Shown piece by piece: positions 41,219 through 54,757 of a stretch of 64,000 bases of DNA. The position numbers and the translations under genes are program-made. The stretch covers positions 5,518,001 through 5,582,000 of the forward strand of contig JANJGN010000034.1 in the NCBI GenBank assembly GCA_026770705.1, written 5' to 3'. Numbering within the stretch: position 1 is the stretch's first letter; the number at the start of each line of letters is the position of its first letter. The notes below the pieces were generated by a model, which had not been told where the DNA came from, ran no database searches, and saw only the letters and a list, made by a program, of their open reading frames with translations. The DNA is from Isurus oxyrinchus. Taxonomy: Eukaryota.

Positions 41219-42115
41219 GTAAATAACATACTGTCTTTGCAGCATATTGTACAGTCATTCAAGGCTTCCACAAACCTATGTTTCTAAAACACACCTCTCT
41301 TGAGTTATAATGCTGCCTCGGGCACCCTGCAATGCAACAACATTTTTGCTGCAGTTATAGTGGCTTAAAAGAGGTTCCTGTCATGGTGTAACACGGGAAA
41401 ACTTGATATTAACTGAATTTCAAATTGGTGGCCCAATGAGATGCATACCTATGCTCAGGGATCATGCCAGAGCATCAAAGCCCATGAACCATGGCACCTG
41501 TCGTGCAGTTTAATTCCCTTGCGTGCCCCCTTTGGCACTGTCAACAGATGCTACTGAAAAGCATTATTGAACCAAAAAAGGGCGCATTTAAGAACTTATC
41601 CTAAATTGGCCAACAATATTTGATTCATTATCTGTCCATCTTTCCTGCGCAATGAGTGAAAACCCCAATGAATTGGTGTTCCCCTTTCCACTATTAAAGG
41701 TCGAGAGTGGACAGCACGGCTTCACGCCTGTGGTGATAGGAAGTACCCTGACTCAGGAGTTGGGGACCTCCTCCAATATCAACACCAGCGCAGGTCCGGC
41801 ATGTGGCTCAAAGCACAGCGGTGCATTTCGTTAAACTCTTCTTGACTTTGCAGCTGGGCGAAAATGAAGATAACTTCTAAGTTTTGTTCTTGATCTTTAA
41901 TGGGCACCAGTAGGACCAATAACGATTAGTCTCATTCATGGCCGCCCAACAACATTTCTTAAAGGTTTCATTCAGCCAAGGTGTACATTTGTCGTGGGTG
42001 AAAAAATAAACAATAGTCTGGACCACATTGTTGGTGGCCCATGTATACGGCAAGGCCAGTTAAGACCATTGACTTTTTCTCATTACAAAATCTTTCAATT
42101 CACTATTCCTTACAG

Positions 42116-42142
42116 AACTGGCAGACAAGTGCAAAAGCGATG
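42116..42142 (+). CDS. Micro-exon B3 (27 nt) ELADKCKSD
   Basis: tattccttacag|aactggcag...agcgatg|gtaagt. Confidence 0.9.
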
Positions 42143-43541
42143 GTAAGTAGAAAAATGCGTTGGGGTAACATTATGAGCTTCTTCAGCATCCCAACCAGAA
42201 TTCATGTACATAATCAGATTCGGTATAACCCTGGGTCGCTTAAATGTTATAGGAAACGTGACATAGACCTTAGTTGCAGAGTGAGGTAGAGGGGTTTACG
42301 AGGGCATTCCAATTTTAAAATTCCAGAGTTTTGGTATCATGACGTCCAGTGGCTGAGGTATGAAAATCACGTAGGTCTGTGTAGAGCATGATATTTGGAG
42401 GGAGACTCAGAATTTGCTGTATTGTAGAAAAGGATATGTTTGCAGAAATAGAGGATGGCGAAAGCATGATGATATTTCAACACAGTGCCGAAATCATTGA
42501 AATCAATACGTTGCTATCCTTGGTGCAATGCATGATTATGGCTTGGAGTGAGTTAGCCTAAGAGCAGAATGCTTTGGGCGACCTCATGTTTCTGGAACGC
42601 AAGTCATGGGAAGCCAGTACAACGTGTTATGAAATGCAAAAGTTCAGAAGTAGCCATTTCCTGTCTGAGTCACTCACTAGTGCATGGCATGAGGCTCAGA
42701 AGAAAATGGGCTATTTTTCGGAGTTGGAAACGACTATTTTGGCTAGAAGTTTATATGTTGTTAGAATCCAAATGCAAGGTTATAAAAAAAAAGCTGGAAC
42801 ATTTCCCATGTATTTGGCTCAACCGAAAACAGCTGAAAGCGAATTTGATTGCTTTAGGGAATAAGGGTAGGATGCGAAGCAATGGATGTTTTAAGGAAGC
42901 ACACTGAACACAGCACTGTTAGGGTTGGAGAATGTTCCAGGAATGGAAAAGAGCCAGGACACAAAGGGTATTGATAACATTGATGAACATTGTAATTGAC
43001 GCATTATCTGACTACGGTCAAATGTAAGCCAAAGTTAAGGTGCTTTCCAAACACAAGGCATTTTATTTTTCAGATAAGTGCGTGTTTAGGAGATATTGTT
43101 TGTCCTTGTCACAATGGACAATTTTGCAGAAACGGTACTATCGAATTAGCACAGGATTTCCATCATCTTCTCAGTAGAATATGAAAATCAAATGAATAAG
43201 TACGGATTACACAAATTAAGGACAGGCCTGTATCATGCAATTAACCCCAACATCCTTAAATGCAATTCTCTGCATTGCACACTGGCAGGCCCAGCTGCCA
43301 TGACGCAGATTTAAGAAATAGACATTTAAGTGAAGATCTATGCAATTGAATGTTAAACAGAAATCGTACTGGAAATATCAAGTTGAATAGATCATGTCGC
43401 TATAAATTTGGGGCCAGCAAATTTCAATAGTTAGAAGCATACACAGGATTATGTTGTCTAATTAGGTTGGTCCAATGCAAAATGTCCTGACTGAAAAAAA
43501 TGTTCTTTTTTACTGTGTTTTGCTTGCTTTCTACATTGCAG

Positions 43542-43568
43542 ACCAAAGGCTACTTGAGAAAGATTTAG
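43542..43568 (+). CDS. Micro-exon C3 (27 nt) DQRLLEKDL
   Basis: ctttctacattgcag|accaaaggc...gatttag|gtaaaa. Confidence 0.9.
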   Translation, partial: TKGYLRKI

Positions 43569-46429
43569 GTAAAATAATTCATTCTTTGGGCAAGTCACCA
43601 GTTTATGTTAGACAATGTTTGAATGCTATGGATTTGGAATTCTCATTTTTTTCTCGAACATACGAAGGTTCTGTCAAACTTGCTCGCAGATTATGGGCAG
43701 CTGGAAGGTCAGAGTAGACACATTTGTCATTTATTTTTTTCATCCATCATGCAGAAACAATCCTTTTTCCTCTCATCCACACGAGCATCCTTTCAACACC
43801 CCCAACCCCCAACACCCCACCCCTACATCCGAGTTCACTCAAAGACTTGGACTCCCCCTGAGAATTTTCATTAGCAACAGCGAAAGGGCACCAAAGCCAA
43901 TAGGCGAAGAAAATGCGTCCAAAATTACCTTCCGAGACTCAGAAGATAAGGAACAGTCCAATAAATGACATGAGTGAATGGTGAATGTCTATAAATGCAC
44001 AGTCTTTTGGGTATATTCCCTGTCCCAGTGAAGAGCCAATATAGCTCATATTCGACGATGCACTAATAGTCTAACAACAGCGAATAAGGTAGTTATTGCA
44101 GATGCTCACTACTCTCTAGGAATGGAGGAAAACGCTAGCGTGCAATGTATTCTGACCATTGAAAAAAATCAAATAGCTGTTCCCCGATCCTCTAGCACCA
44201 CGTGAACTGGAATTGCTTATCAATAGAAACATGATAAAGAGCATTAGTCTTGCTATAATACCTGAATATTCCTGAAAGGGGAAGTATGTTACTGAAGCTC
44301 ATCGTTTTTCTGTCATAAGGACAGACGCAGAAATGCAGCATCTCAAACGGCCACAACTAATTATTAACAACGTTTTGCTTGTTAGTTGGCAAAGCAACTC
44401 GAGTAGCGAAGGCCTTGAAATGCAGCCAAAGAAAAATGAACTGTAGGCGTCCGAGCTCCCTGACAATTAATTGAAAGGCACAAGTTTTAAACATATTCCT
44501 TTTGCTCGGAGGGCAAGACTCCCTATGTAAGAATGCATGTCTCCTAGATCAGCCATACATAAGTGATGTGCGCAAATATCTAAAATCGTTTGTTATGGAG
44601 GTTTTGACGTGCGTAGGATTTCTCTGCATGTGCTAGCTAATTGCTAGCATGGGCTTGTTCCTGTTTTCTTCCGGTTATGAACAACAGATTCAACATGCTA
44701 TTTCAATTGATCACCAACGGCTGGAGAAAAGGTATGCATGCTTTCATTGTGCATGCAGTAAAATTCGTACACTCACAATGGCTTGTTAGGTACGGTAAAT
44801 TTTTGGGCTGACAGAAGGATCAAGTTATTGCAAAATGCCACTCGCGTACTCTCTGCATAATGACTGTGTTAAACCTGCTTTTTGTTTATGTTTTAATATA
44901 TTTAACCTACCCAGGTTAATCTGGGGTAGACAGAGCAATTTTCAAGTCAGGAACTGGCATTTTGCCCCGTTGCGTGATTAAATATAAGTGCGATCAAAGA
45001 ATGCCTGGTTTCAATCTCTATATGATTGGGTTCGATAAAAAAATGTAAGAGGTGTTCCAGCAATTTGCTCGCCTTATGAAATTTGTGCAAAAGTAGAGCA
45101 TTTCAAATACAGCACTTGCGGGAAAATGGCTATAATGACCACACCATTATTCTGTCCAAAATGAGCCAAATCCCGCCACTTATGAATCTGAAAGATATCT
45201 AGTGACCCGAGAAACGCAAAGCATATGTTGAAAAAGAGCACCATTCTTAAAGAAAATTATTCCGTACTTCTAATTTTGCACTGGCTATGCGAATTGTTTA
45301 TTCCACTATAATCAGCCCAAAGAGGACATACCACACAACTGAGCAATATCATGTTTGAATTTTAGCGTGTTCGCTTCCAAGTAGATGATCCTTAAATCCC
45401 AGTGATTCCATTATCGAATCAAATAACATATTTGTTTGCTTTTTCCCAATATGCAGACTTCATACCATGCTCAACTAGCCCACGTTTGCAAAGCTCGAAA
45501 CAAAATAGCTAATCTTAGATGCTTCTGCGTGATTGGGAAGCACTCATTGATTAACAGCAATTGTACTAACAGTTACCCTAACAACCAATTTAAAATAATC
45601 CTCTGAACTTGGACATGGCTGTTAATGCTTGCCAGAGATGGAACATGTTAAAAGTTATGCTTCTTGTGTCTTTGTTTAATTGCATTGGAACATGGGAACC
45701 TTACGATTTCAACATTGTGTTAGCAATGGAAACGACTGAACTAATCATAAACGATATGGCAAGCAATCAGCAACTTTTATTTAATGCTTGTTGTAGATTA
45801 TTGCTTGAAATGTTGCTGTACTATGTTTATCCTGCTCAGTGCAAATGCAAAGCTTTGCATTTTGTCACTACTTTCAGCAATCTAACAGTTACGTCCTATC
45901 AAGTGGCTATCCTGTTATTGATCAGTACTAGGGAACAGTGCAATCGATGTCGCTTTAAACTGAATAGAGCCAAAATAATTCACACATCTCAGGTGGGGAT
46001 GGTGCGATAATTGATAGCTAAAATTTGACCCGGGATCTATTATCGCTGCACGACGTGGCTACCAGAATGCTGGAATATAAGCTAAGTGGATTCTAGAGTT
46101 TTAGCCCCGGCAATGCTTTTACCCTAGTCGGCCTGAAGCTAAGATATTTTAGTTTAACTGCAGGGATTTTCATAGGCACTAGAAAGGGAATTTTAGGAAC
46201 ATAGTAATCCAAGTAACCCCAAGACCTGCCACACCATTGGCTTCTAACACGGTTTTCTAGCATTTAAGTCGTGCATGCTCTGTTTTGATTTATTAACCCC
46301 AATAACCAAGCTCAATTTTAAACGTGTTAACTGACCACTTGATTTTTTGCAGTAAAGTCCTAGTTCGGCGGCGTACATTATCTGAAGGGAAAAATCCAAG
46401 CATTGATCATATAGTGATTTTTCTAAGTC

Positions 46430-46720
46430 ATTTTTTGTTCATTCATGGAATTTTGGCGCCGCTGGCTAGGCCAGCACTTATTGCCGATTCTTACATTTCC
46501 TTAAGAAAGAGATGTCGTATTGCCTTCTTGAACCCACTGCAGTCCATGTGGAGTATGTTCATCTGCAGTGCTGTCAGGGTGGGAATTTTATATTTTTAAC
46601 CAAATGCAGTGAAATATCGGAGAATGTCAGGATAGTGAGTGGCTCGAAGGGTTCTTCAATGTGCTGCAGCTCCCGAAGTTCCAGTTACTCTTATCCTAAT
46701 AGATGCTAGTGATTCTGCTG
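46430..46720 (-). mobile_element. LINE 3' end fragment (APE-RT family)
   Basis: ttcattcatggaattttggcgccgctggctaggccagcacttattgcc is the reverse complement of the family 3' terminus. Confidence 0.7.
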
Positions 46721-47002
46721 CACGTTCTGGAATTCCATCCAACAAGAAGATTTTGTTAATGTCTTTACCTATCACTTGGAATCACGTCATCAATATAAAA
46801 AGATTCGAGAGTTGTCCAACTTCCTAAATTCAGCTAATGCAGGTTAAGTGTAACCAACTAGCCCATTTGTGCTAAATTGAACAAAATATCTCATTGCCAT
46901 CATCAGCTGTTCGGAAACTCAAAAGTAAGAATGTCCAATACAGCATGTGTGGAAACAAAAAGTCAAAGGATAAATCAAGGATGATTTGGTTTTGTTTTCC
47001 AG

Positions 47003-47038
47003 AATTGGAAAAACTGAAGTCCGATCTGCAAAATGCAG
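47003..47038 (+). CDS. Micro-exon D4 (36 nt) ELEKLKSDLQNA
   Basis: ttttgttttccag|aattggaaa...aatgcag|gtcagt. Confidence 0.9.
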
Positions 47039-48175
47039 GTCAGTGCTACTTTAATTGTGAATAGGAATTTTCAATTTCCGAGATTTTCACGTGCTAATTT
47101 GAGTAAGAGTAATTGTATTTGGAGTTTGTAATGATCTGCACTCTAATTGCAGGTGCGGTAATCAACACTGCTGAACAAAAGGCAGAAGCCGATTTTCCTC
47201 TTTATCGACATTCCAAATTAGCTCTACTCTCCTGCTATCTCAATGTAGCATTTTATTGAAGTATCTGGTCTTTTCAAAGTTAACATTGAATCTTCGTACA
47301 ATGCAGTTTAAGCCAGGTCACTTCAGGTGCAAGCAGCACGAGTAAAAAAATATAACATTATGTCGTTTTCCCTCTTTCACACTTGCCAATAACCTTAAGG
47401 CTATGGGTTCTGTTCCTCAAATCTCCGACAAGCAGAACCAGTATTCCCATTTCGCCATTCAACTAAGTCCCTTCTGCAACTTCACTAAGTCCTGAAAATG
47501 CTGTCTAAAGTATGATCCGAGGAATGCTCGATGCTTCAAATGGGTCCAATGCAGAAACTTGCGACTTATTTGCCTATCATGTGTTCTGCAGTGCATGTCT
47601 CTACTTATGAAACCAGGATGTATTATGCTGCTTAACATCATCGCGAAAATTGATCAAATATTTTGTTATATGCACCTATTACTTCACCCCTTGTAAAATG
47701 ATGCAAATGTAAATTTAAAAAAAAAGAAACTGAACGTATAATGAATGCATGTAGAGACAGCACGAGTTAATACATATATTTGATGCGTCAGGTTGGTGGA
47801 ATTACATTTAGCTGGTCTGCAAAGTAAAGTGGAGTAGCTTGGCCGCACATGTTACATTCAATCCTTGAGGAGCAGAAAGGTGAATGTTCCAGGAATTGCT
47901 ACTATCCACACAGAATTGTATGTCATGGGTGCTAGTCCTGCCTTGCTGTTAATGCATGCTTGCCACTGAACCAAAATTTCCAGTATCTCTACCGGGAGCG
48001 AAACCACCAGGAGTGCAATTTTTCAGTAAATGGAAATTGAGCTTTTCCATTGGAATTGATGTGCAACACTATGTAACTGCGAGCATTTCTTTCATTGATT
48101 TATTTTCAGATTGAACTAGTAGGATCCCCAAAAGAATTATATGAAACTTTGCATTCTAATTGTTTTGCTTTTCAG

Positions 48176-48202
48176 AAAACAAACTTGATTGGTGTAACAA
48201 AG
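48176..48202 (+). CDS. Micro-exon A4 (27 nt) ENKLDWCNK
   Basis: ttttgcttttcag|aaaacaaac...aacaaag|gtaagt. Confidence 0.9.
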
Positions 48203-48310
48203 GTAAGTATGATTCATTATTGGTTTTACTGTACACTCTGTTCTGGGAAGCATACAGGAAATGCAGCGTTGTTTCCGAATATTAACACTCGATTATTATT
48301 TATTCTTTAG

Positions 48311-48337
48311 CTTTGCAAGAAAAGTGTAAAAGTGATG
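48311..48337 (+). CDS. Micro-exon B4 (27 nt) ALQEKCKSD
   Basis: ttattctttag|ctttgcaag...agtgatg|gtgagt; 108-nt intron from A4. Confidence 0.9.
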
Positions 48338-49429
48338 GTGAGTAGAATAAACTGCGTAAAAGCACAGGGCTTCCTAACCCACTGCAGTTGAAAGTTTAGA
48401 GGTCTTGGTCGGGCGAGGAAAGGCGGGACCAATGTCTCGATGGCTTGATGGATGTCCTCCACTATATTCGGTCCGGATGATTTGTATAGAACTGGAATAC
48501 GGTCAGGGTGTAAATCGGGTGCCCAATAAATACCGCAACTTTATTGCCCCACTGCTCATATACTACTGACGTTCTATCACAAGGAGACAAAAGTTGAGCA
48601 ATTTCGTCCTCCAATTATTTAAGTGCTTAGGCTAAAATAATAGAGCCTCCTAAGTCGTGGAATCTGCTGAAAGTTGAATGTTTGAAACAGCCTTTTGTTA
48701 CATTGTCACTTATATAGAAAGGGGCAACAATATGATTGGGCTGGCGATTTCATCGATATGTTTAGTCCATTCTAATTGAATGGCCCGTGCCATCACAGTC
48801 TGTGTAATGACGAGTCACTTGTTGGACTTATCTCCAGGTTAAAATTCATGATTACATGGAAGCGCAAGTGTTGTCGCCTGGTCAATAAGATCAAAATCAA
48901 TAGAATGGAATATTTGGCAGACACATAACTCAGGAAACATCCCCCTGTTGACATTGCACTTCAAGATTAATGTCTACCCCATTGTACGGCCAAAGGGCGG
49001 GGAGTTGCAATCCTATCCGAAGGGAGCCCCTTAATTATTTGACTAAAGCTTTAATATCTTTGATTATACTTTAAAGAGTCGTTAAAACAATCCAAGTTCT
49101 GAAAAGAGTCAAGCCGCAATTTTAATTTAATGTCCTTTGAAATTTAAATAGCCCCTCTTATCGAATCATCTCAGTAACTCAATTTCTCGGTTATTATTTC
49201 CAAATTCGCCAGGGAAACGGTTATCTTTATCGAAAAGGCATTTTTATTTTCCGAAGTCGGGTACCGTCTAGATAGTGTTCCTAGCGCAGGATGTTTTAGT
49301 TTGTTCTGCATTCATCCAAAGCTCAGGCAATATAGGCAGGATGGGATGATGATTTCCCTCGTGCAGCAAAATAAAATCAAAAAGTGTATGGCGCAAATCA
49401 ATGGGCTACTTTGACTTTGGTCATTTCAG

Positions 49430-49456
49430 ATCGACGGCTTCTTGAAAAAGAATTGG
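49430..49456 (+). CDS. Micro-exon C4 (27 nt) DRRLLEKEL
   Basis: ggtcatttcag|atcgacggc...gaattgg|gtaaga. Confidence 0.9.
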
Positions 49457-50488
49457 GTAAGATGATTCATAACAACGCTGCAAATTATACAAATACGTTA
49501 GTATGTGCTAACTTGTTAAATAGAAAAACATTCAAACAAGGCTGTTGCAGAATAGAGAACGGATTTCAACACCACAGACGGAAATGCATCATTCGACAGG
49601 CAGAAAAATAAACATCAAAGGGCGTCCAATCTCGAAATCGGACGATTGATTGTTTCAGTCCAAGGCCAAAGAACGAAGGCTAACACAGCCGTTGGAGGCT
49701 TGAGGGAATGCTACACTGTCGCATGTATTTGTTGCCTGACGTCGCGACTGTGAAGTCGATTAGTCTGAACACTGACTGGAATATAAAATAACCAATGTGT
49801 TATTACTGATAGAGGCCAGATTTCCTCCAACTCTTCATCCGATAGTTCTGACTCATCCAGCAGAATTTGCAAGGGAGCTCTAATTGCAATTCAGTCATAA
49901 CAGTCTGTTTATTCCCTCCTTTCTGTTCTAAATGGCAAGTTAGAATGGGAATCTTTAAGTGTTCCGATTAACACGGGGAGAGGTGGGGAGGCGGCGGAAA
50001 TCAATTGCTTTCTATTCCGCCACAGCTTACAGTTTCTGCACATAGAATGGTGACGAATTAATTTGAACAAAATGCTGAGGGACCGGAATGAGCCCATCTG
50101 TTCCTTGAGCCTGCTGTGTCTTTTCACAAGAAATTGTTGATCCTCCACCTTAGCTTTGCTTCTGGTATGATCCCCGATATGCCTTGATTGAGTGCAACAA
50201 TGAACAGATTTCAGCCTTGAATATTCTGAATAGCCAGACAAATAAAACCAACTAATGTATAGCGTCCCTACTGTTCATAGCTCTCAAATTGTTTAAATGT
50301 GTGATTACTAATTTACCGTGAAATTAGGGCGTTTATGTGTTATATTCTATTTAAATAGCAGTACAAATTTAGCCCCGTTGGAAGGTAATAAGGTGAAAAC
50401 GGCTTGCTCTGTCTTATTTGATGTTAGGCAATCTTTCTGGCTAGCATTAAATATGTCACTCATTACAAAAACAACTTCCCGCAAAGTT

Positions 50489-50630
50489 GTGGGGTTGTTG
50501 GGGGTGGGGCGGGGTGTGTGGCGTTTGGGGAGTGAGGGGTTGGGGGTGGGTCTGCCGGGGTGGGGGGGTGCTGGTGTTAGGGTGGGGGGAGCGGGGGCTA
50601 GATTGGGCAGTAGGGGTGTTGGGTTGAGGG
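50489..50630 (+). repeat. G-rich low-complexity tract (potential G-quadruplex)
   Basis: More than 12 runs of GGG or longer with short spacers. Confidence 0.7.
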
Positions 50631-50744
50631 CGAAAGTGGAAACGTTAACTTCGTATAGTTTTGAAAAAATGTTCCTAAAATGTGTTTATATAATCCTTGC
50701 TGATTCACGAGGGCAAAATATATTCTTTAGAACAAATAAGTGAC

Positions 50745-51130
50745 TGTTGACTTGATATAGGTGTACAAAATTACGAGGGGTATAGATAGAGTTGACAGGT
50801 TAAAATTGTTTCTCTTGGTGGAGAATTGTAGAACCAGGGGACATAGGTTCAAGAAAAGTGGTAGAAGGTGTAGTGTGGACGTAGGAAGTATATATATATT
50901 TTTAGACGGTTGTTAATGGGTGCTTTGAATTCGCTGGCAATTTGGTGGTAGAGGCAGAAATTCTAGTCTTTTTAAAAAGTGCATGGATCTGCACATTAAG
51001 TGTTGTAAAATGCAAGACTACGGGCCAGATGCAGGAATGTGGGATTGGTTTGGCTCTTGGGTGTCCTCTGGCTGGCATGGTCAAGATGGGCCGAATGACA
51101 TCATTGTATGCTGCAGCTTTTCCATGGTTC
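50745..51130 (+). mobile_element. CR1-type LINE 3' end
   Basis: gacttgatataggtgtacaaaattacgaggggtatagatagagttgac (DLI.VYKI.RG.DRVD), agaaccaggggacatagg (TRGH) and gatgggccgaatgac tail. Confidence 0.85.
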
Positions 51131-52168
51131 CAAGGCTTCCTAAGTAACGAAATACATCACTCACCTGCCGGATGAGGTCAGTATTCCATTTCTGCCCATT
51201 ACCTTCTGCCTTCCTTTCTTGGCAGCAATCTCTTATAGGATGTAACCAATCTTTGATAAATGTTGAATATTGCTTTATTAACTATGCCATCAATACAAAA
51301 TGACAAGATTACACTATGTCTAAGTTACCAGTTTGTAAACATATCCTGTCATTTTCCACGATCTCTACAATTATGTCGCAAGATCTTTCTTATCCTATGG
51401 TTTGTTTCGAATTGTGTTCTATATTTTGCATAGCCTTTCCTCGTTCTTTACATTTCTATGCAATAATGCCATGATATTTATGATCCGGCAATCAGTCATT
51501 CCATCTGGCTAGCAAGCCATCTGAAGTCCCCAAACCTCCTCCTTGCAGCTCACAAAATTTCCAGGTTTTGTATCTTACGAAAGGATATCAAGAAATTGTT
51601 TCCTGGTCGTTCAAATAAAGGTCATTGATATAGATCGAGTTTTAACAAAAAAAACAGCAGTGGCCATTGGACCTATATCTTCAAACGTCGATTGAATGCC
51701 CTCCCCAATTAGTAAAAAAAAAAACAATTACTGACCATTACTGCTCTGTGGTTCCTCTCACTCAGCCAGCTTGAAATCGGGCCTGACACCATCGCTTTAT
51801 TATGTACCCAACTGGTGATGAAGCACTATTCCCACACAGATTATTCAAAGCTAGCGGCATGGCCATCATCACAATTCTTTGTAAATGCTTCAAAAATAAG
51901 CCAATTTAAATGCGCAGGTTTTGTAATCTAGTGTCGTGGTTACGTCCTAAATAAATCTCAATATATCATTTACGTTCAACTTCCTCCTGTCCTATTCAAA
52001 ATGCATTGAAATGAGATATTTAAATGGTTTTGCACAATTTGAGCAAATTAAATGAGATGCCTTTTATACCTGCTTGAACAGTTGAATTCGAAATTGCATT
52101 GTCATTCAAACATATTGTTGCACAAAAATAATCCAATTATATTGAAGAAGGATGATTGTGCTTCCCAG

Positions 52169-52204
52169 ATTTGCAACAGATGAAATCAGATCTGCAAGAT
52201 GCAA
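52169..52204 (+). CDS. Micro-exon D5 (36 nt) DLQQMKSDLQDA
   Basis: gtgcttcccag|atttgcaac...gatgcaa|gtaaga. Confidence 0.88.
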
Positions 52205-52914
52205 GTAAGAATTCCCAATGGATATTCAAATTCAGACGCTATATTCACCGTGTTCCACTGATACTAAGGACGCATTTTTTGTAAGAAGAAGCAACCCGCC
52301 CTCCCCCCTCCGAATTAACTCAAATTCTAGGCATTATTTTCCTTGTGTTTAAATTATTGAGCGTCAACCGTCTTCAATGTCAATGAGGAAATTGAACGAG
52401 CGGCATTTGATCTAACGGACGATTTGCATACCTTGTCATCTGGCATCTTGCTGAAAAAATATCTTGACGAATCGGTGCTCAGTGTGCTTGGCTAGCCTAG
52501 ACACACAACTCAAAGACAGCACACAAAAACAGCTTTGAAAGAAAAAAAAATAGCAGGTTTTGACAACAACTGAGGGGAGCGAAGCAGAGTTAAAGTTTAG
52601 AGTCCAAAGTGACTCTTCCTCGAAGCTGAAGAGAGCAAGAAAAATGACTTGATTAATGTTACTCAAAATGGGCAATATCAGGTAGAACGAACGAGGAGAT
52701 CAGGGATAGGTTAAAGGTTGTTGAGCTTAAATAACACAGACGCTATTAAACAAAAGCCATAGGAAATGTTTATGGCTGCACTAAAGAGGGAAAAAACAAC
52801 AACATTGGAGCAGAGAAAGCCTGCCGGAATAAAAGTCAGTTCAGAAATCATGAACTTGAATATATGATAATGATTGGCACTTAGAATCTTAGAATCTGAA
52901 CAAAAATGTTTATA

Positions 52915-53390
52915 TCGCAGAAAGAGGCCACTTATCACATCATGTCCGCGTCAGCCGAGAAATGCGCCACCAAGCCTTAGCTGAGTTTTTGGAACTTGCC
53001 CCGCAGCCCTATAACTTACAGCACTTGAGATGCATTTTCAAACAGCTTTGACATGAGCTGAGGTTCTCTTGCCTCTGCCCTCCAATCAGGCAGTGATTTC
53101 TAGGCCCCTATATCCTTCTGAGTGAAATAGTATTCATTTCCTTTCATCTTTCGGCTCAAACTTTAAGTCACTGTGCCCTAGTCATGGAACTCCATGCTGA
53201 ATTTTAAAAAAAATGTCCATCTCGTTTTCGTTATCGAATCCCCTCAGGAATTTGTACATCAAAGTCAAATCTCCACTCAGCCTCCTCTTTACCAAGAAGA
53301 ATTACCCAATTTCCCTCATAGCTGTAATCTTCCAAATTAGGCAATATCTACGTAAATTGCCTGAGCACCCACTTTCATACAATGGCAAAT
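52915..53390 (-). mobile_element. CR1-type LINE 3' fragment (antisense)
   Basis: aatttgtacatcaaagtcaaatctccactcagcctcctctttaccaagaaga is antisense CR1 FSL...RL.GDL..VYK. Confidence 0.65.
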
Positions 53391-53817
53391 GCAATTAAAA
53401 AAAAAAACTGTCAGATCTCTTATTTGTTCTGTCATTAACACTTAGCCTGCAGCAATGTCATGGGAACGTGCATCTCACGTCTGCAATTAAAATTTTAAGA
53501 GCTCAGCATAGATCAATTTCAGGGTTAGGTAGATAAGCAATTGAACGATGATTTATCGGTAGGGTAGCGTGATAAGAGGGAAGCACGACTAGTTGGCGTG
53601 GATTCTTGTAAAAAAATAAGCATCAAAAACCATTTGGACCATTACTCTCTTCTTAACGTGCCCTGAAAAAGGAAACAACAGCCGACATGATAACTTCAAT
53701 ACAGAATCAACTTCCCGGCACTTCAGCCGGTGAGCAGCCATTTCTGATGTAAAATTACACTTGGATTTAACCAATCCGAATGTTTGTCTGACTTTCAACG
53801 GTGTGCTTATTTCTCAG

Positions 53818-53844
53818 GACGGAAACTGAAGGAATGTCAAAAGG
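53818..53844 (+). CDS. Micro-exon A5 (27 nt) RRKLKECQK
   Basis: cttatttctcag|gacggaaac...caaaagg|gtaaat. Confidence 0.88.
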
Positions 53845-53941
53845 GTAAATCACGACAAATGTTACCGTGTGTTAACTATCAAAAAGTCAATAAAATTGGC
53901 TGTTTCCATATGGCCTTTTAACGCATTTTTATTTCATGCAG

Positions 53942-53968
53942 AACTGCGAGGAAACGCCAAGAGCGATA
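53942..53968 (+). CDS. Micro-exon B5 (27 nt) ELRGNAKSD (Cys replaced by Ala)
   Basis: tttatttcatgcag|aactgcgag...agcgata|gtgagt; 97-nt intron from A5. Confidence 0.88.
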
Positions 53969-54730
53969 GTGAGTCAAACGTTGCAACCACATTACATGCT
54001 GTAAATAAAAAGCCGGATGGGGTGCTAGATTCACAGAAAAGGTGATCGTTCAATGTTTTAAATGCGTGGACATTGGGAAGAAATTTGAGATTTGAAGGAA
54101 ATAAAGTCTTTTAAAAGCCCTTGGAAAATTAATGGTTTTGCACCTGGAGCACTGTATAGAAACTGACAGCAATCTGTTTCTGGAATTGAATATCAGATGT
54201 GAACCCTCCATCAAATACGCTTCTATGGCTTTACCATATAGGAAGTCTTCTTTTTTCATATAACGCTAGGTTGACCAGAATGGGAATGCCAAGAAACAGA
54301 TGCCATCAGAATTTATACAGTAATTGCAATGAGGGCGGGTAGTTTTCTTTTACTGTGGATAATTTAGGCAGAGCAATTTGGACCTTGTTTCCCCAAGCAT
54401 GTGAGCGAATCGGAGCATAACTGATATCACAATTCTGACGATAATGCTCCTTTCAACAGTTACGTGTCCCTGCTGAGTTTCAGGTCCGTTGACTGTATAT
54501 TCGGTGAATCTATATCTATTGCCGAGAAATATGTCATCTCTAGACCACGTTTACGTCTATGAAGTTGAGACACTGGATGGGTTAATAATATAGTACTCTA
54601 CAAACGGGCTTTTCGGTTGAATATTTAAAGTGCTCAGCAACAATCGACCACAAAGTAAAGTGACTGAACGGACAAAAAGTAACTCCATAGCGATTTTTTG
54701 AACTGAGTGTTAATATTTCTTCAATTATAG

Positions 54731-54757
54731 ATCGGAAGCTTTTAGAAGGGGAAATAG
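54731..54757 (+). CDS. Micro-exon C5 (27 nt) NRKLLEGEI
   Basis: tcttcaattatag|atcggaagc...gaaatag|gtaaga. Confidence 0.88.
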
